Shown here in pieces: positions 39,801 to 52,764 of a stretch of 64,000 nt of DNA (its first letter is position 1; each line of letters starts with the position of its first letter). The stretch is from Mobula hypostoma (lineage: Eukaryota). The stretch is from contig NC_086097.1 of NCBI RefSeq assembly GCF_963921235.1, forward strand, positions 182,530,001-182,594,000, read 5' to 3'. The notes under the pieces were generated by a model that was not told the origin of the DNA, did not search any database, and worked only from the letters and a program-made list of their open reading frames with translations. Both the position numbers and the translations under genes were made by a program.

Positions 39801-42800
39801 CCTGTACATTTGTACACCAGGGGTCAGTCTCCCCAAAACATCTGTACCCCAGGGGTCAGTCTCCCCTACACATCTGTACCTCAGGCATCTGTCGCCCCAA
39901 AACATCTGTACCCACGGGGTCAGTCTCCCCAAAACATCTGTACCCCAGGGGTCAGTCTCCCCTACACATCTGTACCTCAGGCATCAGTCTCCCGAAAACA
40001 TCTGTACCCCAGGGGTCAGTCTCCCCCACACATCTGTACCCCAGGGGTCAGTCTCCCCCACACATCTGTACCCCAGGGGTCAGTCTCCCCAAAACATCTG
40101 TACCACAGGCATCAGTCTCCCCCACACATCTGTCCCCGAGCGGTCAGTCTCCCCAAAACATCTGTACTACAGGCATCAATCTCCCCAAAACATCTGTACC
40201 CCAGGGGTCAGTCTCCCCAAAACATCTGTACCCCAGGGGTCAGTCTCCCCAAAACATCTGTACCCCAGGGGTCAGTCTCCCCTACACATCTGTACCTCAG
40301 GCATCAGTCTCCCCAAAACATCTGTACCCCAGGGGTCAGTCTCCCCCACACATCTGTACCCCAGTGGGTCAGTCTCCCCCCTACATCTGTACCCCAGGGG
40401 TCAATCTTCTCCACACATCTGTACCTCAGGCATCAGTCTCCCCAAAACATCTGTACCCAAGGGGTCAGCCTCCCCAAAGCATCTGTACCACAGGCATCAG
40501 TATCCTCCACTTATCTGTCCCCCAGCAGTCAGTTTCCCCAAAACATCTGTACCTCAGGCATCAGTCTCCCCAAAACATCTGTACCCAAGGGGTCAGGCTC
40601 CCCAAAACATCTGTACCCCAGGGGTCAGTCTCCCCTACACATCTGTACCTCAGGCATCAGTCTCCACAAAACATCTGTACCCCAGGGGTCAGTGTCTCGC
40701 ACACATCTGTACCCTAGTGGGTCAGTCTCCCCCCTACATCTGTACCCCAGGGGTCAATCTTCTCCACACATCTGTACCACAGGCATCAGTCTCCCCAAAA
40801 CATCTGTACCCCAGGGGTCAGTCTCCCCAAAACATCTGTACCATAGGGGTCAGTTTCCCCCACACATCTGTACCCCAGGGGTCAGTCTCCCCAAAACATC
40901 TGTACACCAGGGGTCAGTCTCCCCAAAATATCTGTACCCCAGGGGTCAGTCTTCCCTACACATCTGTACCTCAGACATCAGTCTCCCCAAAACATCTGTA
41001 CCCCAGGGGTCAGTCTCCCCAAAACATCTGTACCCCAGGGGTCAGTCTCCCCAAAACATCTGTACCCCAGGGGTCAGTCTTCCCTACACATCTGTACCTC
41101 AGACATCAGTCTCCCCAAAACATCTGTACCCCAGGAGTCAGTCTCGCCCACACATCTGTACCCCAGGGGGTCAGTCTCCCCAAAATATCTGTACCCCAGG
41201 GGTCAGTCTTCCCTACACATCTGTAGCTCAGACATCAGTCTCCCCAAAACATCTGTACTACAGGCATCAATCTCCCCAAAACATCTGTACCACAGGGGTC
41301 AGTCTCGCCCACACATCTGTACCCCAGTGGGTCAGTCTCCCCAAAACATCTGTACCCCAGGGGTCAGTCTCCCCAAAACATCTGTACCACAGGGGCCAGT
41401 CTCCCCAAAACATCTGTACCCCAGGGGTCAGTCTCCCCCACACAACTGTACCCCAGGGCGCCAGTCTCCCCAAAATAACTGTACCCCAGGGGTCAGTCTT
41501 CCCTACACATCTGTACCTCAGACATCAGTCTCCCCAAAACATCTGTACCCCAGGGGTCAGTCTCCCCCACACATCTGTACCCCAGGCATCAGTCTCCCCA
41601 AAACATCTGTACCCCAGGGGTCAGTCTCTCCCATACATCTGTACCCCAGGGGTCAGTCTCCCCCACACATCTGTACCCCAGGGGGTCAGCCTCCCCAAAA
41701 TATCTGTACCCTAGGGATCAGTCTCTCCCACACATCTGTACCCCAGGGGTCAGTCTCCCCAAAACATCTGTACCCCAGGGGTCAGTCTCCCCAAAACATC
41801 TGTACCATAGGGGTCAGTTTCCCCCACACATCTGTACCCCAGGGATCAGTCTCCCCAAAACATCTGTACCATAGGGGTCAGTTTCCCCCACACATCTGTA
41901 CCCCAGGGATCAGTCTCCCCAAAACATCTGTACCACAGGCATCAGTCTCCTCCACACATCTGTACCCCGAACGGTCAGTCTCCCCAAAACATCTGTACCC
42001 CAGTGGTCAGTCTCCCCAAAACATCTGTACCCCAGGGGTCAGTCTTCCCTACACATCTGTAGCTCAGACATCAGTCTCCCCAAAACATCTGTACCCCAGG
42101 GGTCAGTCTCCCCCATACATCTGTACCCCATGGTTCAGTCTCCTCCACACAACTGTACCCCAGGTGTCCGTCTCCCCCCTACATCTGTACCCCAGGGATC
42201 AGTCTCCCCAAAACATCTGTACCCCAGCAGTCAGTCTCCCCAAAACATCTGTACCCCAGCGTCAGTCTCCCCAAAACATCTGTACCCCAGGGGTCAGTCT
42301 CTCCCACACATCTGTACCATAGGGGCCAGTCTCCCCAAAACATCTGTACCACAGGCATCAGTCTCCTCCACACATCTGTACCACAGGGGTCAGTCTCCCC
42401 CATACATCTGTACCCCAGGGGTCAGTCTCCCCAAAACATCTGTACCCCAGGGATCAGTCTCCCCAAAACATCTGTACCATAGGGGTCAGTTTCCCCCACA
42501 CATCTGTACCCCAGGGATCAGTCTCCCCAAAACATCTGTACCACAGGCATCAGTCTCCCCAAAACATCTGTACCCCAGGGGTCAGTCTCCCCAAAACATC
42601 TGTACCTCAGACATCAGTCTCCCCCAAACATCTGTACCCCAGGGGTCAGTCTCCCCAAAATATCTGTACCCCAGGGGTCAGTCTCCCCAAAACATCTGTA
42701 CCCCAGGGGTCAGTCTCTCCCATATATCTGTACCCCAGGGGTCAGTCTCCCCAAAACATCTGTACCTCAGGCATCAGTCTCCCGAAAACATCTGTACCCC

Positions 42801-45800
42801 AGGGGTCAGTCTGTCCCATACATCTGTACCCCATGGTTCAGTCTCCTCCACACATCTGTACCCCAGGTGTCCGTCTTCCCCCTACATCTGTACCCCAGGG
42901 ATCAGTCTCCCCAAAACATCTGTACCCCAGCAGTCAGTCTCCCCAAAACATCTGTACCCCAGCGTCAGTCTCCCCAAAACATCTGTACCCCAGGGGTCAG
43001 TCTCCCCTACACATCTGTACCTCAGGCATCAGTCTCCACAAAACATCTGTACCCCAGGGGTCAGTGTCTCGCACACATCTGTACCCTAGTGGGTCAGTCT
43101 CCCCCCTACATCTGTACCCCAGGGGTCAATCTTCTCCACACATCTGTACCACAGGCATCAGTCTCCCCAAAACATCTGTACCCCAGGGTTCAGTCTCCCC
43201 AAAACATCTGTACCATGGGGGTCAGTTTCTCCCACACATCTGTACCCCAGTGGTCAGTCTCTCCTGCACATTTGTACACCAGGGGTCAGTCTCCCCAAAA
43301 TATCTGTACACCAGCGGTCAGTCTCCCCTACACATCTGTACCTCAGGCATCTGTCGCCCCAAAACATCTGTACCTAAGGGGTCAGTCTCCCCAAAACATC
43401 TGTACCCCAGGGGTCAGTCTCCCCAAAACATCTGTACCCCAGGGGTCAGTCTTCCCTACACATCTGTAGCTCAGACATCAGTCTCCCCAAAACATCTGTA
43501 CCCCAGGTGTCAGTCTCCCCCACACAACTGTACCCCAGGGCGCCAGTCTCCCCAAAACATCTGTACCCCAGGGGTCAGTCTTGCCTACACATCTGTACCT
43601 TAGACATCAGTCTCCCCAAAACATCTGTACCCCAGGCATCAGTCTCCCCCACACATCTGTACCCCAGGGGTCAGTTTCCCCCACACATCCGTACCCCAGC
43701 GGTCAGTCTCCCCAAAACATCTGTACCGCAGGAGTCAGTCTCTCCAAAACATCTGTACCCCAGGGGTCAGTCTCTCCAATACATCTGTACCCCAGGGGTC
43801 AGTCTCCCCCACACATCTGTACCCCAGGGCGCCAGTCTCCCCAAAACATCTGTACCCCAGGGGTCAGTCTCCCCCACACATCTGTACCCCAGACATCAGT
43901 CTCCCCAAAACATCTGTACCCCAGGGGTCAGTCTTCCCTACACATCTGTACCTCAGGCATCAGTCTCCCCAAAACATCTGTACCCCAGGGGTCAGTCTCC
44001 CGAACACATCTGTACCCCAGGGATCAGTCTCCCCAAAACATCTGTACCCCAGGGGGTCAGTCTCCCCAAAATATCTGTACCTAAGGGGTCAGTCTCTCCC
44101 ACACATCTGTACCACAGGGGGCCAGTCTCCCCAAAACATCTGTACCCCAGGGGTCAGTCTCCCCAAAACATCTGTACCATAGGGGTCAGTTTCCCCCACA
44201 CATCTGTACCCCAGGGATCAGTCTCCCCAAAACATCTGTACTATAGGGGTCAGTTTCCCCCACACATCTGTACCCCAGGGATCAGTCTCCCCAAAACATC
44301 TGTACCACAGGCATCAGTCTCCCCCACACATCTGTCCCCGAGCGGTCAGTCTCCCCAAAACATCTGTACCCCAGTGGTCAGTCTCCCCAGAACATCTGTA
44401 CCCCAGGGGTCAGTCTCCCCTACACATCTGTACCTCAGGCATCAGTCTCCCGAAAACATCTGTACCCAAGGGGTCAATCTCTCCCATACATCTGTACCCC
44501 AGGGATCAGTCTCCCCCACAGATCTGTACCATAGGGGTCAGTTTCACCCACACATCTGTACCCCAGGGATCAGTCTCCCCAAAACATCTGTACCCCAGCG
44601 GTCAGTCTCCCCAAAACATCTGTACCCCAGGGGTCAGTCTCTCCCACACATCTGTACCATAGGGGCCAGTCTCCCCAAAACATCTGTACCACAGGCATCA
44701 GTCTCCTCCACACATCTGTACCCCAGGTGTCAGTCTCCCCCCTACATCTGTACCCCAGGGATCAGTCTCCCCAAAACATCTGTACCCCAGGGGTCAGTCT
44801 CCCCAAAACATCTGTACCATAGGGGTCAGTTCTCCCCAAAACATCTGTACCCCAGGGGTCAGTCTCCCCAAAACATCTGTACCACAGGCATCGGTCTCCC
44901 CCCACATCTGTCCCCCAGGGGTCAGTCTCTCCAAAACATCTGTACCCCAGAGGTCAGTCTCCCCAAAACATCTGTACCCCAGGGGTCAGTCTCTCCTACA
45001 CATCTGTACGCCAGGGGTCAGTCTCCCCAAAACATCTGTACCTCAGGCATCAGTCTCCCCAAAACATCTGTACCCAAGGGGTCAATCTCTCCCATACATC
45101 TGTACCCCAGGGATCAGTATCCCCAAAACATCTGTACCATAGGGGTCAGTTTCCCCCACACATCTGTACCCCAGGGGTCAGTCTCCCCCACACATCTGTA
45201 CCCCAGGAGTCAGTCTCCCCAAAACATCTGTACCCCAGGGGTCAGTCTCCCCTACACATCTGTAGCTCAGACATCAGTCTCCCCAAAACATCTGTATTCC
45301 AGTGGTCAGTCTCCCCAAAACATCTGTATCCCAGGGGTCAGTCTTGCCTACACATCTGTACCTCAGACATCAGTCTCCCCAAAACATCTGTACCCCAGGG
45401 GTCAGTCTCCCCAAAACATCTGTACCCCAGGGGTCAGTCTCCCCCACACATCTGTACCCCAGGGGTCAGTCTCCCCAAAATATCTGTACCCCAGGGGTCA
45501 GTCTCCCTAAAACATCTGTACCCCAGTGGTCAGTCTCTCCAATACATCTGTACCCCAGGGGGTCAGTCTCCCCCACAGATCTGTACCCCAGGGCGCCAGT
45601 CTCCCCAAAACATCTGTACCCCAGGAGTCAATCTTCCCTACACATCTGTACCTCAGACATCAGTCTCCACAAAACATCTGTACCCCAGGAGTCAGTCTCC
45701 CCTACACATCTGTACCTCAGGCATCAGTCTCCCGAAAACATCTGTACCCAAGGGGTCAATCTCTCCCATACATCTGTACCCCAGGGGTCAGTCTCCCCCA

Positions 45801-48800
45801 CACATCTGTACCCCAGGGGGTCAGTCTTGCTAAAATATCTGTACCCTAGGGATCACTCTCTCCCACACATCTGTACCACAGGGGGCCAGTCTCCCCAAAA
45901 CATCTGTACCCCAGGGGTCAGTCTCCCCAAAACATCTGTACCATAGGGGTCAGTTTCCCCCACACATCTGTACCCCAGGGATCAGTCTCCCCAAAACATC
46001 TGTACTATAGGGGTCAGTTTACCCCACATATCTGTACCCCAGGGATCAGTCTCCCCAAAACATCTGTAACCCAGGCATCAGTCTCCTCCACACATCTGTC
46101 CCCCAGCGGTCAATCTCCCCAAAACATCTGAACCCCAGGTGTCATTCTCCCTAAAACATCTGTACCCCAGGGGTCAGTCTCCCCTACACATCTGTACCTC
46201 AGGCATCAGTCTCCCGAAAACATCTGTACCCCAGGGGTCAGTCTGTCCCATACATTTGTACACCATGGTTCAGTCTCCTCCACACAACTATACCCCAGGT
46301 GTCCGTTTCCCCCCTACATCTGTACCCCAGGGATCAGTCTCCCCATAACATCTGTACCCCAGCAGTCAGTCTCCCCAAAACATCTGTACCCCAGGGGTCA
46401 GTCTCTCCCACACATCTGTACCATAGGGGCCAGTCTCCCCAAAACATCTGTACCACAGGCATCAGTCTCCTCCACACATCTGTACCCCAGGTGTCAGTCT
46501 CCCCCCTACATCTGTACCCCAGGGATCAGTCTCCCCAAAACATCTGTACCCCAGGGGTCAGTCTCCCCAAAACATCTGTACCATAGGGGTCATTTCCCCC
46601 CAAAACATCTGTACCCCTGGGGTCAGTCTCCCCAAAACATCTGTACCACAGGCATCGGTCTCCCCCCACATCTGTCCCCCAGCGGTCAGTCTCTCCAAAA
46701 TATCTGTACCCCAGAGGTCATTCTCCCCAAAACATCTGTACCCCAGGGGTCAGTCTCTCCCATACATCTGTACCCCAGGGGTCAGTCTCCCCAAAACATC
46801 TGTACCTCAGGCATCAGTCTCCGCAAAACATCTGTACCCCAAGGGGTCAGTCTCTCCCATACATCTGTACCCCAGGGATCAGTCTCCCCAAAACATCTGT
46901 ACCATAGGGGTCAGTTTCCCCCACACATCTGTACCCCAGGGGTCAGTCACTCCTACACATCTGTACCCCAGGGGTCAGTCTCCCCAAAACATCTGTACCC
47001 CAGGGGTCAGTCTCCCCTACACATCTGTACCTCAAGCATCAGTCTCCCCAAAACAACTGTACCCAAGGGGTCAGTCTCCCCAAAACATCTGTACCCAAGG
47101 GGTCAGTCTCCCCTACACATCTGTACCTCAGACATCAGTCTTCCGAATACATCTGTACCCCAGGGGTCAGTCTCCCCCACACATCTGTACTCCAGGGGTC
47201 AGTCTCTCCTACACATCTGTACCCCAGGGATCAGTCTCCCCAAAACATCTGTACCCAAGGGGTCAGTCTCCCCAACACATCTGTACCCCAGGGGTCAGTC
47301 TCCCCAAAACATCTGTACCCCAGGGGTCAGTCTCTCCCATACATCTGTACCCCAGGGGTCAGTCTCCCACACACATCTGTACCCCAGGGGGTCACTATCC
47401 CCAAAATATCTGTACCCCAGGCGTCAGTCTTGCCTACACATCTGTACCTCAGGCATCAGTCTCCCCCCCACATCTGTCCCCCAGCGGTCAGTCTCTCCAA
47501 AATATCTGTACCCCAGTAGTCAGTCTCCCTCTCCCATCTGTACCCCAGGGGGTCAGTCTCCCCAAAACAACTGTACCCCAGAGGTCAGTCTCTCCAAAAC
47601 ATCTGTACCCCAGGGGTCAGTCTCCCCTACACATCTGTACCTCAGGCATCAGTCACTACAAACATCTGTACCCCAGGGGTCAGTGTCCCCCACACATCTG
47701 TACCCCAGTGAGTCAGTATCCCCTCTACATCTGTACCCCAGGGGTCAATCTTCTCCACACATCTGTACCTCAAGCATCAGTCTCCCCAAAACATCTGTAC
47801 CTCAGGCATCAGTCTCCCCAAAACATCTGTACCCAAGGGGTCAGTCTCCCCAAAACATCTGTACCCCAGGGGTCAGTCTCCCCTACACATCTGTACCTCA
47901 GGCATCAGTCACTACAAACATCTGTACCCCAGGGGTCAGTGTCCCCCACACATCTGTACCCCAGTGAGTCAGTCTCCCCTCTACATCTGTACCCCAGGGG
48001 TCAATCTTCTCCACACATCTGTACCAAAGGCATCAGTCTCCCCAAAACATCTGTACCATAGGGGTCAGTTTCCCCCACACATCTGTACCCCAGTGCTCAG
48101 TCTCTCCTGAACATTTGTACACCAGGGGTCAGTCTCCCCAAAATATCTGTACCCCGGGGTCAGTCTCCCCTACACATCTGTACCTCAGGCATCTGTCGCC
48201 CCAAACATCTGTACCCAAGGGTTCAGTCTCCCCAAAACATCTGTACCCCAGGGGTCAGTCTCCCCTACACATCTGTACCTCAGGCATCAATCTCCCGAAA
48301 CCATCTGTACCCCAGGGGTCAGTCTCCCCCACACATCTGTACTCCAGGGGTCAGTCTCTCCTACACATCTGTACCCCAGGGGTCAGCCTCCCCAAAGCAT
48401 TTGTACCACAGGCATCAGTATCCTCCACATATCTGTCCCCCAGCAGTCAGTCTCCCCAAACATCTGTACTTCAGGCATCAGTCTCCCCAAAACATCTGTA
48501 CCCCAGGGATCAGTCTCCCCAAAACATCTGTACCCAAGGGGTCAGTCTCCCCAAAACATCTGTACCCCAGTGGTCAGTCTCCCCTACACATCTGTACCTC
48601 AGGCATCAGTCTCCACAAAACATCTGTACCCCAGGGGTCAGTCTCCCCCACACATCTGTACCCCAGGGGGTCAGTCTCCCCAAAATATCTGTACCCCAGG
48701 GGTCAGTCTTCCCTACACATCTGTAGCTCAGACATCAGTCTCCCCAAAACATCTGTACCACAGGCATCAGTCTCCCCAAAACATCTGTACCCCAGGGGTC

Positions 48801-51800
48801 AGTCTCCCCCACACATCTGTCCCCCAGCTGTCAATCTCCCCAAAACATCTGTACCCCAGGTGTCAGTCTCCCTAAAACATCTGTACCCCAGGGGCCAGTC
48901 TCTCCAATACATCTGTACCCCAGGGGGTCAGTCTCCCCCACAGATCTGTACCCCAGGGCGCCAGTCTCCCCAAAACATCTGTACCCCAGGGGTCAGTCTT
49001 TCCCACACATCTGTATCTCAGACATCAGTCTCCGCAAAATATCTGTACCCCAGGGGTCAGTCTCCCCTACACATCTGTACCTCAGGCATCAGTCTCCCCA
49101 AAACATCTGTACCCCAGGGGTCAGTCTCTCCCATACATCTGTACCCAAGGGGTCAGTCTCCCCCACACATCTGTACCCCAGGGGTCAGTCTCCCCAAAAT
49201 ATCTGTACCCTAGGGATCAGTCTCTCCCACACATCTGTACCACAGGGGGCCAGTCTCCCCAAAACATCTGTACCCCAGGGGTCAGTCTCCCCAAAACATC
49301 TGTACCATAGGGGTCAGTTTCCCCCACACATCTGTACCCCAGGGATCAGTCTCCCCAAAACATCTGTACCATAGGGGTCAGTTTCCCCCACACATCTGTA
49401 CCCCAGGGATCAGTCTCCCCAAAACATCTGTACCACAGGCATCAGTCTCCTCCACACATCTGTACCCCAGCGGTCAGTCTCCCCAAAACATCTGTACTCC
49501 AGGGGTCAGTTTCCCCCACACATCTGTACCCCAGGGGTCAGTCTCCCCTACACATCTGTATCTCAGGCATCAGTCTCCCGAAAACATCTGTACCCCAGGG
49601 GTCAGTCTGTCCCATACATTTGTACCCCATGGTTCAGTCTCCTCCACACAACTGTACCCCAGGTGTCCGTCTCCCCCCTACATCTGTACCCCAGGGATCA
49701 GTCTCCCCAAAACAACTGTACCCCAGCAGTCAGTCTCCCCAAAACATCTGTACCCCAGGGGTCAGTCTCTCCCACACATCTGTACCATAGGGGCCAGTCT
49801 CCCCAAAACATCTGTACCACAGGCATCAGTCTCCTCCACACATCTGTACCCCAGGTGTCAGTCTCCCCCCTACATCTGTACCCCAGGGATCAGTCTCCCC
49901 AAAACATCTGTACCCCAGGGGTCAGTCTCCCCAAAACATCTGTACCATAGGGGTCAATTTCCCCCACACATCTGTACCCCAGGGATCAGTCTCCCCAAAA
50001 CATCTGTACCACAGGCATCAGTCTCCCCAAAACATCTGTACCCCAGGGGTCAGTCTCCCCAAAACATCTGTACCCCAGGGGTCAGTCTCCCCAAAACATC
50101 TGTACCACAGGCATCGGTCTCCCCCCCACATCTGCCCCCAGCGGTCAGTCTCTCCAAAATATCTGTACCCCAGAGGTCATTCTCCCCAAAACATCTGTAC
50201 CCGAGGGGTCAGTCTCTCCCATAGATCTGTACCCCAGTAGTCAGTCTCCCCAAAACATCTGTACCCCAGAGGTCAGTCTCCCCTACACATCTGTACCTCA
50301 GGCATCAGTCTCCCCCCCACATCTGTCCCCCAGCGGTCAGTCTCTCCAAAATATCTGTACCCCAGTAGTCAGTCTCCCTCTCCCATCTGTACCCCAGGGG
50401 GTCAGTCTCCCCAAAACAACTGTACCCCAGAGGTCAGTCTCTCCAAAACATCTGTACCCCAGAGGTCAGTCTCCCCTACACATCTGTACCTCAGGCATCA
50501 GTCTCCGCAAAACATCTGTACCCCAAGTGGTCAGTCTCTCCCATACATCTGTACCCCAGGGGTCAGTCTCCCCAAAACATCTGTACCATAGGGGTCAGTT
50601 TCCCCCACACATCTGTACCTCAGGTGTCAGTCTCTCCTACACATCTGTACGCCAGGAGTCAGTCTCCCCAAAACATCTGTACCCCAGGGGTCAGTCTCCC
50701 CTACACATCTGTACCTCAAGCATCAGTCTCCCCAAAACAACTGTACCCAAGGGGTCAGTCTCCCCAAAACATCTGTACCCAAGGGGTCAGTCTCCCCTAC
50801 ACATCTGTACCTCAGGCATCAGTCTCCCGAAAACATCTGTACCCCAGGGGTCAGTCTCCCCCACACATCTGTACCCCAGGGGTCAGTCTCTCCACACATC
50901 TGTACCCCAGGGATCAGTCTCCCCAAAACATCTGTACCCAAGGGGTCAGTCTCCCCAAAACATCTGTACCCCAGGGGTCAGTCTCCCCAAAACATCTGTA
51001 CCCCAGGGGTCAGTCTTCCCTACACATCTGTAGCTCAGACATCAGTCTCCCCAAAACATCTGTACCCCAGGGGTCAGTCTCTCCCATACATCTGTACCCC
51101 AGGGGTCAGTCTCCCCCACACATCTGTACCCCAGGGGGTCAGTCTCCCCAAAATATCTGTACCCCAGGGGTCAGTCTTCCCTACACATCTGTAGCTCAGA
51201 CATCAGTCTCCCCAAAACATCTGTACCCCAGGGGTCAGTCTCCCTAAAACATCTGTACCCCAGGGGTCAGTCTGCCCTACACATCTGTACCTCAGGCATC
51301 AGTCTCCCCAAAACATCTGTACCCCAGGGGTCAGTCTCCCCCACACATCCGTACCCCAGCGGTCAGTCTCCCCAAAACATCTGTACCGCAGGAGTCAGTC
51401 TCTCCCACACATCTGTACCATAGGGGTCAGTTTCCCCCACACATCTGTACCCCAGGGATCAGTCTCCCCAAAACATCTGTACCACAGGCATCAGTCTCCC
51501 CCACACATCTGTCCCCGAACGGTCAGTCTTCCCAGAACATCTGTACCCCAGTGGTCAGTCTCCCCAAAACAGCTGTAACCCAGGGGTCAGTCTCTCCCAC
51601 ACATCTGTACCACAGGGGCCAGTCTCCCCAAAACATCTGTACCCCAGGGGTCAGTCTCCTCCACACATCTGTACCCCAGGGGTCAGTCTCCCCCCTACAT
51701 CTGTACCCCAGGGATCAGTCTCCCCAAAACATCTGTACCCCAGGGGTCAGTCTCCCCAAAACATCTGTACCATAGGGGTCAGTTTCCCCCACACATCTGT

Positions 51801-52200
51801 ACCCCTGGGATCAGTCTCCCCAAAACATCTGTACCACAGGCATCCGTCTCCCCAAAACATCTGTACCCTAGGGGTCAGTCTCCCGAAAACATCTGTACCA
51901 CAGGCATCAGTCTCCCCCCCACATCTGTCCCCCAGCGTTCAGTCTCCCCAACACATCTGTACCCCAGGGGTCATTCTCCCCAATACATCTGTACCCCAAG
52001 GGTCAGTCTCCCTAAAACATCTGTACCCCAGAGGTCAGTCTCTCCCATACATCTGTACTCCAGGGGTCATTCTCCCCAAAACATCTCTACCCCAGAGGTC
52101 AGTCTCTCCTACACATCTGTACCTCAGGCATCAGTCTCCCCAAAACATCTGTACCCCAGCGGTCAGTCTCCCCCACACATCTGTCCCCCAGGGGTCAGTC
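36851..52200. repeat. Satellite C, right block (32-bp unit), ending about 16 nt from the exon 1 donor
   Basis: Direct reading, e.g. GTCAGTCTCC at 43381 and again at 43413. Confidence 0.96.
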
Positions 52201-52216
52201 ATCCCGTACAACTCAC

Positions 52217-52227
52217 CTGTGGGACAT
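52217..52227 (-). CDS. IQCA1L: First coding exon (11 coding nt, ATG TCC CAC AG) of the DRC11/IQCA1-like gene; the splice gives MSHS-TYQQLW...
   Basis: The minus strand reads TAG AAA TTC ACA GTC ATG TCC CAC AG|GTGAGT. This gives an in-frame upstream stop, a perfect donor and a phase-2 end matching the 1-nt start of exon 2. It parallels MSNA-MYNKMW of human IQCA1. Confidence 0.82.
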
Positions 52228-52260
52228 GACTGTGAATTTCTAAGGTCCCTCAGCTGCTGG

Positions 52261-52350
52261 TCAGTTACTGGTCCCTGCTGGTGAGATGCTGGTGTCTGCT
52301 GATCAGTTACTGGTCCCTGCTGGCGAGATGCTGGTGTCTGCTGGACAGTT
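52261..52350. repeat. 42-bp tandem duplication (TCAGTTACTGGTCCCTGCTGGTGAGATGCTGGTGTCTGCTGA) just upstream of the DRC11-like ATG
   Basis: Copies start at 52261 and 52303. Confidence 0.9.
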
Positions 52351-52679
52351 AGTGCTGTCTGTTGGTCGGTTGCTGCTGTTCCAGTTCTCTCTGTTGATCT
52401 GAGGCGGAATTGAAATTTCTGTGTGACAGGCTGTATGTGGTCAGTCAGAGTGCCACTGCAAATCCAACCCAAACCCCTCTGGCTGCCTTCATCCACCCAC
52501 CTGATACCCCATCCCTGGGTCTTTCTCTCGCACCCAGAGCCAACTCTGCCTCACTACCCACACCAGATCCATCTCCCTGTCATTCACAACCCCCTCCCCC
52601 ATCCCCAATCTCCTCTCTTCATCCCTCCTCACCAAACCTTCCGGCCCGTATATGCACCCCACACCCTCGCCCCGGGTTC

Positions 52680-52702
52680 TGTTTACAGGTAACCCTGGAG
52701 AC
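52680..52702. promoter_or_regulatory. Candidate composite motile-cilia element: forkhead site TGTTTAC (52680-52686) next to an RFX X-box-like GTAACCCTGGAGAC (52689-52702)
   Basis: Matches to the forkhead RYAAAYA and 14-bp X-box-type consensus, about 460 bp upstream of a motile-cilium gene ATG, in a locally CpG-containing stretch. Binding is not shown. Confidence 0.6.
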
Positions 52703-52764
52703 AGACAATGGGAAGTCCATGTCGGAAGCCCTGTCCACCACAAGCTCTGTGTGGTGTGCAACGC

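Noticed and set aside
27054..51775. Long Pro/Ser/Gln-rich plus-strand ORFs (mucin-like appearance)
   Set aside because: They are translations of the 32-bp satellite cycling through all three frames, antisense to the real gene.
1..52200. CRISPR-like 28-32-bp repeats
   Set aside because: No unique spacers and no cas genes; the context is eukaryotic and spliced.
27085..52200. Recursive splice sites in satellite C
   Set aside because: The unit reads TACAG|ATGT rather than YAG|GT and lacks a polypyrimidine tract.
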